Below are positions 40,478 to 51,100 of a stretch of DNA of 64,000 bases, one piece after another (positions within the stretch are counted from its first letter, which is position 1; every line of letters begins with the position of its first letter). Source of the DNA: a virus. The stretch lies in the IMG/VR virus record IMGVR_UViG_3300027971_000039, positions 1 to 64,000 of that record; one strand, written 5' to 3'. Position numbers and translations under genes: made by a program. Under the pieces are notes generated by a model. That model was given only the letters and a program-made list of their open reading frames with translations. It was not told the origin of the DNA and did no database searches.

Positions 40478-43400
40478 TATCTATATGCCCTTGTACTGAA
40501 TGTTTTACCAGTAAGGGTAATACCAAATAATGCATATTGTTCCCTTGCTGTATTGTGAGTAAATTTGACATTTAAATAACGACATCTTTGACAATTAGCA
40601 GGAACAATTGTACGGAATGGAACAGAGTTAGATACTCCACCAAAGAAGTTTCCACCAAACTCGTCGTGCCCAAACAAACCAGATCCACTTCCAGTAAACT
40701 CAATATCAACGAATGCAGGTAGAAGATCGGTTGAGAAACTGAGTTCAGCAGATGTAAATGCTTTACTTGCAAACATTGCTGTTGCTTCGCGAATTTGCTT
40801 GTATGATAGCGGATCACCGAATGTATTAGGAGCGTACACTACAGACGATGTAATTGCGTTATAGACGATAATAGGCCCTTGAACGAAATCAAGAGTCTTA
40901 TTAAGTGTAACTTTTTTGAAAATATAATCAACTGAAACAATTACAGCCTCTTGTAAAGCAGTTCCTTCAATTGGTAAATAGTTAGAGAATGCAATATTTG
41001 GATCTGAATTAAGCTTGTCGATGATTTTATTATAACAAGCAGCAATATCATCAAAGTCGTTATCTCTTGTAGACCAAGTTCCGCCTGTTGTAAAAGAAAT
41101 CAATCCAATTGGAATACTGAATGTATTAGGATTAATTACAGTAACTTCATGGTTACCGTTAATGTCTGGATATGCAGTTGCTCCAACAATTGTAACAATC
41201 CGCCCTGAAATAAGTCCATGTGCAGCTGAAGTTATTTGTGTTGGTGAGGTCAATGTTGCAGATGTAACTGAGCCAGATTTTCCATCAATTGTAGAAAAAA
41301 AGTCACTAATAGATACACCAACATCGGCATCTAACTTATTAGCTAAAGCTACAATTTTGGTTCTAAGATTATCACCACCAACAGCTTTTAGTGTTGAATA
41401 ATAATCAGTATCTGCAACACCAGGGTCTGCATCTAGTTTATTCAATAATGAATTAAATTGATAAACTGTTAATGTTTGAGTTTGAGTTAAAACATCACCG
41501 GCTTTTACGTTTGTGGTTGATGATAATTTAATTACATCATTAAAATAGTTATTTACACCGATAGAGAAATCGTATTGTCTATCAGCATAATCTTCACGAG
41601 TAAATGATTTTCTTTCTTGCTCGATGAAAGATTCAGTTGGCAGTCCTAGATAAAGTCGGTCATCAACTGGATTTAAAACGCCACAGTTGTTTGTTTTTGT
41701 ATATTTAGTCCAAGTTCCAGTTAATGAAGAATACCGGAAAGCTTGTGTAGCATATTGATCACTTGGTTTAGATACAGTCCAAACAAGATATGAATTATCT
41801 GACTCATATCCAATACCAAATGTTGCTGCTCTAAAATTAGGATAGTTTGCTGATTGTAAACGTAAAACTTCAGTGTCAATCGGACGTGATGCAATAGCTA
41901 CACCAGATTCACTAGCAGTTGAAATACCCTGAGTGGTCCAGCAGTACACTAAGTTTTGACTAACAGCAACAGAATCAGGCGCAGCTAAAATGCAGCTACT
42001 ATCGAATAGAGCAACTGTAAATGGTTCTGTTTCAGCAGAAAGACGGTATAACCCATCTTCTTTAAATACGAAAAGAGAATCCCTTAGAGGGAAGATACGT
42101 AGAATTTCTTGTTCTTCTGATCCAATGTCAATAAAGTTACCAGTTACAACGTTGACTGGAACAGCTTCTGGTTGTTCAAATTTAGAATAATATACACGAT
42201 TTTTTCTTGTGTAATTATCAGAGAACTCAGCTAATGTTGATTTAGTGTATGAGAAAGATGTACCAGCAACTGTAATTAGTGCTGTTGGAATTTTTAATTG
42301 AGTAGTAGATATATACTCAACAACATAAACACCATCAATATTTGGTGTAGAGTTACTATTAGAAATTACAATAGTGTCTCCGTTTAAGAATCCATGAGCA
42401 GCACCAAACGTTAAAAGAGTCATTCCAGACCCAGCGTCGGCAATAGCGCCACCGTTTGTTTTATTTGGTGAAATGTCTGGGCTAAAGGAAACACCGGTAG
42501 CTGCGTTGTTAGTGGTTAAATAGAATGGATTATCAACGAATACTGTACCTTCTAATAAAAATAGTCCGGGGTTTGTACCAGAGTAATATGCATAAGTGTC
42601 AAATCCAACCGATGGATTATCTACTTGATCTGCTGTATTTCTGTTTAAAACACGAATAAAACTTAATGTTGCTTCTGCTGTTGCAACAGAAGGAAGGAGT
42701 AAATCATTGCTTGAAATAACAGCAGTTCTACCAGAAACACTTTCACCAACCCCAGCGGTTGTTACAGACGAACTAAAGCCAATTAATCCAGCACCAAAAC
42801 TAATAGAACTAGCAGAGCCATCTACAAGGTAGTTTATTGTAACAATGTTTGTTCCAGTGTTATATGAACATGAGAAGTCATTAATTAAGGAATTAAGTGA
42901 ATTAGCAATCTTTTGTCCAACATCATCTTGTATATTTGATGGAATATAAATTTTAATCAATTTTCTAGATCCAGAATCTGGTGCCAAATCTCCACCTAAA
43001 TCAAACCAAACACGATATTTTGTTTGATTACCCGCGCTGTTAATATCAAAATAATTTGTGGTTTGAACACCAACCCCAGGTGCCGTTAAAGGTGGGGTTG
43101 GTGGAACCGCGATTGTAACAACCCGTTTTACTCCACGAACAAATGAAATCTTACAGTTATTAAAAGATGTTCCATCTGAAATAATAACAGTTGGCGTGCG
43201 ACTTGGAATAGCATCTAATTCATCTTTTAAACGCGCAACACCGAGTAATTCTAAATCACGTAATTGTTTTATTTTAGTGTTGGCGTAGAAAGTATATCCT
43301 TTAAATGTGTTAATGTCATACGCAAATGGTGGGTAGTCATTCGGTTTAGCATCCTCACCACCGGATGTATTAACGTTTGTATAAAGGTTTTCTTTGTTTA

Positions 43401-45174
43401 AGAACGCAGAAGGAACGTTGTCATTGATAGTTAATGTATTATCAGATGATTTCAATGCTGGATCATAATAATTCTGTAGTACAAGACGATAATCTACAGG
43501 CGGTAGTAAGTCTTCAAGAGGAGAAGAAAAGAAAGCATTAACTTGAGTGGTTTCAGTGCGGTAAAGTTTGTAATAATAACTTGAATCAATGTTGTGTGGA
43601 ACAGTGAATTCTAAGTCAACAGATGCTTTTGTAGTTAAAGAAAAGCTAGAAAGACCAATTGATGTTGAATAAGCACTATTAATAACATTGGTTGATTCTG
43701 CTTTTAGTCTAGAAATAATAGCAGATAGATATGTTTGTTGAGCAAATAACTGAGCACCAGTGCCACGAACGTCAACAATTCCAGTGTCTTCTGCTGCAAC
43801 AATTTCAACAGGTTCTGTAATAGAACGGTATTTATTGCTTTCAATTTTAGCAAGCCCTAAACTATCAACAGCAACACTCCAAATACCAGTAGTACCAGCA
43901 GCAGATACCGATCCCGATGCAACAGAAACGGTAAATGTTGTAGGGGATTTAACTGTTGCTGTTAATGTTGTGTTTAAAGAAGGATATGCCGTGTTTTGTA
44001 TAACTACTTTTTGTTGATCTGTTAAACCATGTGCAACGGTTGTTGTTATTGTTACAACACCACTAACATCCGCAGTGTGAGAAGCAATTACGCCACTGAT
44101 ACCCAACGGATTTGAGATCGTATAGTCTCTTGCTGTAAAGGTTACAGAACCTGCTGTAACAGATGCAACTGTTTGATTACCATTAATATTTGTGATAGGT
44201 AAGTTATTAGATTTAAAATCAACCAAATTAATTTTATCACCAACAGCAAAATAATCCGCCGGAACTACAAACGTAGATAAAAAATTAACTGTAATAATCC
44301 CGCTTGATGCTGTAACTGTGTTAATATTTAATGGTTCATAGGCGGTAGCACCAGTTCCAGTGTCGTTAGCAAATAAAAGATCTTCGTCAATTTTTTTAGC
44401 CAACGCAATCATTTTTGATCTAAGATCAATTGCATTGGTTTCGTTTGTAACTTTTAAAGTGGAATAATAATCACCTGAATTAATTACACTGTTTGCACTA
44501 GAAAGATTATCTAATGTATTTAACAAACGGTTAAAGTCCATTTGCAATAACATTTTAAGTGGGTTATATACAACAATTCGTTCAGACGGAGTTCCAAGAA
44601 TTTCAACGTTGTTAGCGTCAATCTTACCCCAAACAAGTTTGTAAGCAACTGTGCTGTTTTCTGTTAGAAAAGATTCTTGATCGCCGAATGTTGTATTTAA
44701 ACGTGCCTGAAGATCTAACGCTTTAATTCCACCTGCTGGAGTAATGTAACCAGATGCGCTTGTAAATTCAGAGGAACTAGCAGCTGAAATCTTTTTAATA
44801 CCTTCATTTGTTGTAAAATAGAAGTTACCGTTTTTAGCTTGACTATATTTAATTCTTAATCCGGCTTCAACTTCTGTGAAGGAGCCTGAGAATTCAGTGA
44901 ATTTAGCTTCACCGCTGTTTAGCACTCCGTCTTGATACGCAATTTTATCACCATAATGACGTAAAATACGCTGACGATAAATAGCCAATTGTTTAGCTGT
45001 TTGTAATGAAGGGATCTCTTCACCAAATAAAGCATATCCACGACGAGATTCAATAACATCATCACGACGAATAATGACGTTATTAGCCTCAACGAGAGAA
45101 CCCGGAGGTAGTTCCAATGCATTAGGGGAGAAATTTAGACCAAGTGCCTTGAGGTTAACAGTTGAAGAAGCCAT
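40477..45174 (-). CDS. tail nozzle/stabilization protein (tubular B-like) with inserted FCCH-like domains
   Basis: N-terminal LPPGSL.EA.NV....G, RVYYSK..QPE, RDSLFVFKEDG propeller motifs; repeated AHG(L/F)..G..(V/I).I modules. Confidence 0.65.
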   Translation of the reverse strand: MASSTVNLKALGLNFSPNALELPPGSLVEANNVIIRRDDVIESRRGYALFGEEIPSLQTAKQLAIYRQRILRHYGDKIAYQDGVLNSGEAKFTEFSGSFTEVEAGLRIKYSQAKNGNFYFTTNEGIKKISAASSSEFTSASGYITPAGGIKALDLQARLNTTFGDQESFLTENSTVAYKLVWGKIDANNVEILGTPSERIVVYNPLKMLLQMDFNRLLNTLDNLSSANSVINSGDYYSTLKVTNETNAIDLRSKMIALAKKIDEDLLFANDTGTGATAYEPLNINTVTASSGIITVNFLSTFVVPADYFAVGDKINLVDFKSNNLPITNINGNQTVASVTAGSVTFTARDYTISNPLGISGVIASHTADVSGVVTITTTVAHGLTDQQKVVIQNTAYPSLNTTLTATVKSPTTFTVSVASGSVSAAGTTGIWSVAVDSLGLAKIESNKYRSITEPVEIVAAEDTGIVDVRGTGAQLFAQQTYLSAIISRLKAESTNVINSAYSTSIGLSSFSLTTKASVDLEFTVPHNIDSSYYYKLYRTETTQVNAFFSSPLEDLLPPVDYRLVLQNYYDPALKSSDNTLTINDNVPSAFLNKENLYTNVNTSGGEDAKPNDYPPFAYDINTFKGYTFYANTKIKQLRDLELLGVARLKDELDAIPSRTPTVIISDGTSFNNCKISFVRGVKRVVTIAVPPTPPLTAPGVGVQTTNYFDINSAGNQTKYRVWFDLGGDLAPDSGSRKLIKIYIPSNIQDDVGQKIANSLNSLINDFSCSYNTGTNIVTINYLVDGSASSISFGAGLIGFSSSVTTAGVGESVSGRTAVISSNDLLLPSVATAEATLSFIRVLNRNTADQVDNPSVGFDTYAYYSGTNPGLFLLEGTVFVDNPFYLTTNNAATGVSFSPDISPNKTNGGAIADAGSGMTLLTFGAAHGFLNGDTIVISNSNSTPNIDGVYVVEYISTTQLKIPTALITVAGTSFSYTKSTLAEFSDNYTRKNRVYYSKFEQPEAVPVNVVTGNFIDIGSEEQEILRIFPLRDSLFVFKEDGLYRLSAETEPFTVALFDSSCILAAPDSVAVSQNLVYCWTTQGISTASESGVAIASRPIDTEVLRLQSANYPNFRAATFGIGYESDNSYLVWTVSKPSDQYATQAFRYSSLTGTWTKYTKTNNCGVLNPVDDRLYLGLPTESFIEQERKSFTREDYADRQYDFSIGVNNYFNDVIKLSSTTNVKAGDVLTQTQTLTVYQFNSLLNKLDADPGVADTDYYSTLKAVGGDNLRTKIVALANKLDADVGVSISDFFSTIDGKSGSVTSATLTSPTQITSAAHGLISGRIVTIVGATAYPDINGNHEVTVINPNTFSIPIGLISFTTGGTWSTRDNDFDDIAACYNKIIDKLNSDPNIAFSNYLPIEGTALQEAVIVSVDYIFKKVTLNKTLDFVQGPIIVYNAITSSVVYAPNTFGDPLSYKQIREATAMFASKAFTSAELSFSTDLLPAFVDIEFTGSGSGLFGHDEFGGNFFGGVSNSVPFRTIVPANCQRCRYLNVKFTHNTAREQYALFGITLTGKTFSTRAYR

Positions 45175-45188
45175 AGAACCTCATCGGG

Positions 45189-46490
45189 TTACATTCGTTT
45201 ACGAGTTCCCATTTTACCATAACGAAGGAGTGAATGCCGAGCGGTAATTTTTTGTGGGCTTCCCTCGACGCGATCGTCCAGGATCGTTCCTTGTCTTGTC
45301 TCAATTTCTTGTAGTTTGGCGTTTGAAGCTTGTAAACCTTCAACATCACCAATAGCGGCTAGAATTCGAGCAGCTGTACGTTCTGCAAGTGTGTTATGGA
45401 GATCTGGTGGAATTTGAGGAATAATACATTCATTGGCAACACAGGCATAATCACCAATTTGAATATTGGCAATAGCTGGAGCGAAGTTATATCCATTTGA
45501 GTAGTAGGTATAAAGGTCTGTTTTTGTCACCTTGAAATAGTGAACATCTGTGGAACCTTCAACACGACTACCTACAGCCTGTACTGTAATATCATACGCA
45601 TATGTGCGATGACCGGGCTTAGTTTGTAGGAAGTCGACCTGATCACCTACATTGAATAAACCTTCATATGTTGTATTAATTTTAAACCCAATCAAAGATT
45701 CGATTGAAAATGGATCAACAACAGTAGAAGGATCGGATGTAAAGGACGCGGTAATGTCCTTGTATGTAATTACAACAGTTGAACCGGATACAATCGCTGT
45801 TGTATTAGAGATAGAAGCAGCATTGATTGCCGCTTGAAGGTTTGCAGCTGTTAGAGCCGCTGTCCCACCAATAGCAAAATCTACACCCGCTTCGAGAATG
45901 TAGATTGTTGGAGTGTTGCTTTGGTTGTTTAAGCTGATAACTAGCTTATCACCAGCAAGTGGATTTGATGCTAATGTAACATCTTGAGTAAATCCAGTGA
46001 AGAGGCGAGCCCTACTATCACGTACAAGCTGGTTTGGACGGAGGAAAATAAAGAAATTCAATTTTCCACTTGGATCGCCAACGACACTAGGAGTTAAAAG
46101 AATGTCATTGTTTTCCAAATAGAATTTATGAATCGCTTGGTTGGCACCAATATTGCGTTGAAAAAATGCCTTATCGTCAGAAGAAATTCTGGTCATTTCA
46201 AAGTAATTACCAGAAGCATCTGACCAAAATAGATCGCGCAATTTCATTCCAATTGAACGATCTGGAATAGCATAACGGCTAATATTAGTGACAAGAGGCA
46301 CCTGAACCCTGTACACAAAATATTCCTCGTGATATTGCATCACAGCAGGAACCTGACTAATAAACATTTCTTCGTTGGCAAATGCAAGAATATCATCTTC
46401 CGTAAAAGTATTTTGACTAATAGGAAATAATATTTTACGCTTGACAGCTTCGATTAGTTTGTCTGATGTGTACCAAGGGGTAGTTGCCAT
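45189..46490 (-). CDS. head-tail adaptor (tubular A-like)
   Basis: LIEAVKR, F.EDDIL.FANE, Y.IP, PQIP.DLH. Confidence 0.6.
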   Translation of the reverse strand: MATTPWYTSDKLIEAVKRKILFPISQNTFTEDDILAFANEEMFISQVPAVMQYHEEYFVYRVQVPLVTNISRYAIPDRSIGMKLRDLFWSDASGNYFEMTRISSDDKAFFQRNIGANQAIHKFYLENNDILLTPSVVGDPSGKLNFFIFLRPNQLVRDSRARLFTGFTQDVTLASNPLAGDKLVISLNNQSNTPTIYILEAGVDFAIGGTAALTAANLQAAINAASISNTTAIVSGSTVVITYKDITASFTSDPSTVVDPFSIESLIGFKINTTYEGLFNVGDQVDFLQTKPGHRTYAYDITVQAVGSRVEGSTDVHYFKVTKTDLYTYYSNGYNFAPAIANIQIGDYACVANECIIPQIPPDLHNTLAERTAARILAAIGDVEGLQASNAKLQEIETRQGTILDDRVEGSPQKITARHSLLRYGKMGTRKRM

Positions 46491-46906
46491 TATGCCTCCT
46501 CAGATTCTTCTTCTTCATCTTCCTCTTCTGACTCACCTTTCATTGCTTTTAGTTTAGCTAGTTTTTCTTCAAGTTTTTTAATTTCAGACTCAACATCATC
46601 AGCAGCTTCAGCCATACCAGCTTCGCCGCTTTCTTCAGCTTCCATGTCTTCTAGTTGGCCTTCTTCTCCGTTTGGCATTTCACCAACGAGTTCTTTAGCC
46701 TTATCTAGACCTTTTTTAAGATCTTCTTTGCTTCCAGCCATGACGGATACTTTTTTAGCCATCATGTCTTTAAGACCAGAACCCATTTCAGACGACATAT
46801 CGTCTTTCAATTCTTTAAGAACGCCCATTTTGGCCTTTTGTTCAGCAGGACCAACTTTTCTAGCCTTCTTTTTTTCAAGCATTTTTAACATTTTTTCATG
46901 CATCAT
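46490..46906 (-). CDS. hypothetical charged protein
   Basis: K/M-rich N-half and E-rich C-half. Confidence 0.55.
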   Translation of the reverse strand: MMHEKMLKMLEKKKARKVGPAEQKAKMGVLKELKDDMSSEMGSGLKDMMAKKVSVMAGSKEDLKKGLDKAKELVGEMPNGEEGQLEDMEAEESGEAGMAEAADDVESEIKKLEEKLAKLKAMKGESEEEDEEEESEEA

Positions 46907-47179
46907 AAATCACCAAAATTAGCTAAAAGCTTTTCCACTTAAAGTAAAAGTACGTTGCAGTGAACCTGAACCACTGGTTGCAACAGCCGGAGCTGAATCA
47001 CGGGTTGTTACACGTACAGCAGCATCAACCAAACTACCCTGGCAAGAAGAAATGTAATTTGCAATTTTTGACATGGTTTCATCTGGGTTTACAACAGAAG
47101 GACTTAAACCAAGCTTATCATTAAGCGAGGCAATATCATCACTTTGTGCATCAATAACAATAACTAAATGTGCCATATT

Positions 47180-47596
47180 TTAACTCCTAGATATTAATAA
47201 TAAAATTATGGTGGCGAATTGTATTCCCGCGACCAGTATTGTCCATTTTGGAACAATCTTTTTAATAACTTGTACTTCCCGTATAACTTCAACTGGAACT
47301 TCAACAATCCGTTCAACTTGCACTTCTTTAATTATTTCTACGGGAACATTAATTCTTTTTTCAATCGTTTTAATAATTTCAATTGGCTTATCAACATAAA
47401 CAATTTCTTTAATTTTTTTCTCAATGATCTTTTCAACAGGAACTTCTATTCGTTTTTCAACAATACGCTCAACTGGAATTTCAACAATTCGTTCAACTTC
47501 TTTAATAACTTCAACTGGAACCTCGATAATTGCCGGTCCAGAACTAAATTGTGTTGTTTGGGTGGGCTCTCCCCCACCTATTGTAATTTTTCCCAT
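47180..47596 (-). CDS. VPV/EKI-repeat protein with C-terminal TM
   Basis: Tandem (I/V)E(V/I)PVE(R/K/V)I repeats. Confidence 0.65.
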   Translation of the reverse strand: MGKITIGGGEPTQTTQFSSGPAIIEVPVEVIKEVERIVEIPVERIVEKRIEVPVEKIIEKKIKEIVYVDKPIEIIKTIEKRINVPVEIIKEVQVERIVEVPVEVIREVQVIKKIVPKWTILVAGIQFATIILLLISRS

Positions 47597-48087
47597 TATG
47601 ATTTAAGTATAATAGTATATTGAACATTTCCACCAGTTGGTGCTGAACTGCAAACAATTCTAAGTCTTTTTGAAATAAATTCTGTTACACTAGATGCATT
47701 AATACCAATTGAAGCTGGGGAAGAAATTTCAGAACCTAAATTTGCCCAAACATCCCCAGTAACATCTGGGCTTCCTTGAACATAACACTTACCAGCAGCA
47801 GAAACGCCAACAAGTGCTTCTGTGTATACTTGAAATTTTGAATATTTATCCGCTCCAGGAATTGTTAATAAAACTGTACCGTTGGCTGTTGTTGGGGTGT
47901 GAGTGGGGGATAATGATGAATTGGAGACAGCTGGATATGTAAGAACACTATCTCCATCTGTTGCATTAAGCTCAATAGCAAACTCAGTTGCAGATGCTAT
48001 AATAACACGATTGGCTTCTTCAACCCCGTCGTAAGCACCAACAACACATTGACTAGCATCTAATTTTGTTTTATTTAAATTTGCCAT
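47596..48087 (-). CDS. putative virion beta-sandwich protein
   Basis: Start moved to ATG 48087; beta-rich sequence. Confidence 0.45.
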   Translation of the reverse strand: MANLNKTKLDASQCVVGAYDGVEEANRVIIASATEFAIELNATDGDSVLTYPAVSNSSLSPTHTPTTANGTVLLTIPGADKYSKFQVYTEALVGVSAAGKCYVQGSPDVTGDVWANLGSEISSPASIGINASSVTEFISKRLRIVCSSAPTGGNVQYTIILKS

Positions 48088-48100
48088 AAATATACACAAT

Positions 48101-48111
48101 ATAGTTGTTAA
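48101..48111 (-). promoter_or_regulatory. putative late promoter motif TTAACAACTAT
   Basis: Second exact copy, 14 nt from the ATG at 48087. Confidence 0.55.
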
Positions 48112-51100
48112 ACTGTGTTAGCTCTAAATTTAATAGTGGCCCCAGAACCTGTGCTTGTTGATGTATATTGTATTTGCCCAGCTGAAGTTATACTAAAAAC
48201 TACACCAGTATCATCGCCAATATAATCTTGGCTCATTTCCCAAGAAGCACCCTTTTGGATGCCTTTTAAAGTATATTCAGCGTAGGTTGAGCTACGTTCA
48301 ACTGTTACAATAGCTTCAAATCCTCTTGTCACGGCATTTGCAAAAACAAAACTGGTTATATTAGCAGCAGATGACTGGTTATCAACTGCTGGGAAAGAAG
48401 TCTGATCAATATCACCGATAGATAGGTTTAATTGAATCCATTGAGATCCGTCATTACCAAAAAACTTATCTAAATCAGTATCATATATAACTAATCCAGA
48501 AAGATTTGTCAAAGCAATTCTTTGTGCAGTCGTCGCCAATCCAACACGAATTGATGTATTAGAACCAATTTCTATTGCAATTTCCGCATTAGATGTTGCT
48601 TTAGAAACTCCACCAATTTTTAATGATTTACCTAGATAGTTTTCTGCTCCGGTATCTTCAATTGAAATACCCCAAGCATTTGTTGCATTAGAACTTAAAA
48701 CGTTAGATCCACCATCTATTCTTAAACCATAAAGATTTGTAATTGAAAGGCTTCCACCAAAATTAGCAACTAATCCTTTATAAAGATGTGCATCTGTAAT
48801 TGTTCCACCTGCACTGGTAGAGTCAATAGCCAACGCAGACAAATTCATCGAAACTTCTTCTACTAACGCCCCAGATGCAGCTGCTACTTGAGACACAAAC
48901 CCTACAGAAACAGCACCTAAACCAACTGTTGTGTTTTTATTGTAGTCGTCGTTAAAGTTCATGAAACCGGCCATGTTATTTAATATAACATCGGTATTGG
49001 TAATCGCTGAACCTGCTTCCACTTCAAAAACCGGTCTAATAACGTTTCCTGAATCAACAAGACTTGGAATATTAGAAACTGTTGTAAATGATACGTTACT
49101 ATTTAAAGTTCCACCATTAATATCAAGACCAACTGGACGGTTTGTAATAGTGGCAGAACTTAAATCAACTTTTAAACCCGTGACATCTGTATATGTTCCA
49201 GTTGGAGCAAATGAAACACCCTCAATTGTTGTTGCATCACCAGAAGGAATTAGCTGCACGCTTCGGATAGTACCAGCATCACCCGTACCATCGTGTCTAA
49301 ACGCAATAGCTTCTCCGGTGCAATCAGAAGATCCACTAGCCAAATAATGAGTTATATTAGTGCCAACTCCGGTATAGCTAGTTTGAGAATTATATGCATT
49401 AAAGTTAGTGGGAGCACTTGTCCCATAACCATACACTTGAATTGGTGTATAATTATCAACTGGTTCATTTATTGGTGAGTTGACTTGAACAGCTGATAAA
49501 TTAACTAAACCTATATTTGAGACAGAGGGACTTATTGATACAGAAATATATTCAGGAACACCAGCTGGAATTGTAAGAGAATTTTGTGCCCCAATTTGAA
49601 GAGAACCAACATCATCAAATGTATATCCTGGAACTTCGGTTAAAATACCAGTAGTTGAATCAAATCCAGCAAAATATGAAGCATTTCCAGTTACAGCCGC
49701 TTCTACTTGACCGACTGTAGCTGCGTCATCAGCAGCAACACCATCTACAACGTTATTAATCTGATGAGTGCCCATGTTAAGAGCACCAGACATTGTACGT
49801 GTACCACTAGCTAATAAGTATTGAATGTGATCATCATTACCCAAACCACTTAATAGACTATGTGTTGTTGCTTCACCAGCAGGAGTATATAACTGAGTTC
49901 CACGGAAATCAACATAATCTCCACCATTAACAGAACGAATCCTAGCTTGAGGATCATTTGTATATCCATCGGCTGTTTGAAATACAACAGTACCTAATGC
50001 AACAAATTCAGCAAACGGCAATCCTGAAAGACTAGTAATTTCGGTGGAAGCAGCGTTTCTTGCGTCTGTGACATTATTATATTGATTAATACCTTGAATA
50101 CCAACTACAGGAGAATCCTTATCATTTGTGGCAAAAAAGTGAACTAGAACATAATCATTGTTTGTAACTTGTGTAAACTGCCAAGAACCACCTGTAAATT
50201 GATTGTAAGGTAGGCGTCCGTTTGCACCTGTATAGCCAGCAGTTCCGCTGTAAATAACAGGGTACGCATCTGCTGGTTTTTTACGCCATAATTGTCCTTG
50301 GCGATATAAAACAGGAATTTGAGCTTGTGGTAAAATCTCAATTAATATATCTTCATCTCTAATTTTACCTTCATCTGCATCAAACTGTGCGTTTGCTGCA
50401 AGATTGCCAGTACCGTCAACGCTAAAGTTTTGTAATGCCAAACCACTTAAATATCTAGCACCAAAAACAGTATGAAGATAAGTGTGGGTAGCACCATCCA
50501 TTGTAAGACCATGACGTTCTTCTGCAAAATAAGAACGGCTATTTGTATCGGTGTTCCAATAAACAATGGAAACTAGTGCATTGTTTTCAAATAATTCTGA
50601 ACCTAATATTTGTGTAGAACTAAGTGTCCCAGAATCATTAAAATAAATATAATGATTACCAGCTAGATTAGGGATTTGGATACTTTGAGTTGTAGTTTTT
50701 GTAAACTTTGCACCCTTTACATAAAAGTCAAACGAAGCTCCAGTAGGAGCAATTGTAAAGGTTCTTGCTGGTGAGGTGTCGCTAAATGAAGTGACAGAAT
50801 CATCTCGATTAGGAAATCCAGTAGGTTCTTTTGTAACTTGATTTTGAGAAACAAATCTATTAGCTAATTGATCTAATCCTTCAATAACATCGTCTGGTGC
50901 TGGTGCCCAGTCGGTAGGATTGGCTGGATTATATTCAATTGTAACAGTTCCAACAATGTCTGTAGTTCCCGCTATCTGACCGATATTAACATCAGGCGAA
51001 TCTAATGTTACAAAACTACCTTGTGCAGTTAAATCACCATCAATTATTACACTATCGTCAAATGTTTTATCACCAGCAAAATTTTGTGATGTAGTAGAAA

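Noticed and set aside
47219-47623. Plus-strand Asn/Phe-rich ORF
   Set aside because: Antisense shadow of the VPV-repeat gene.
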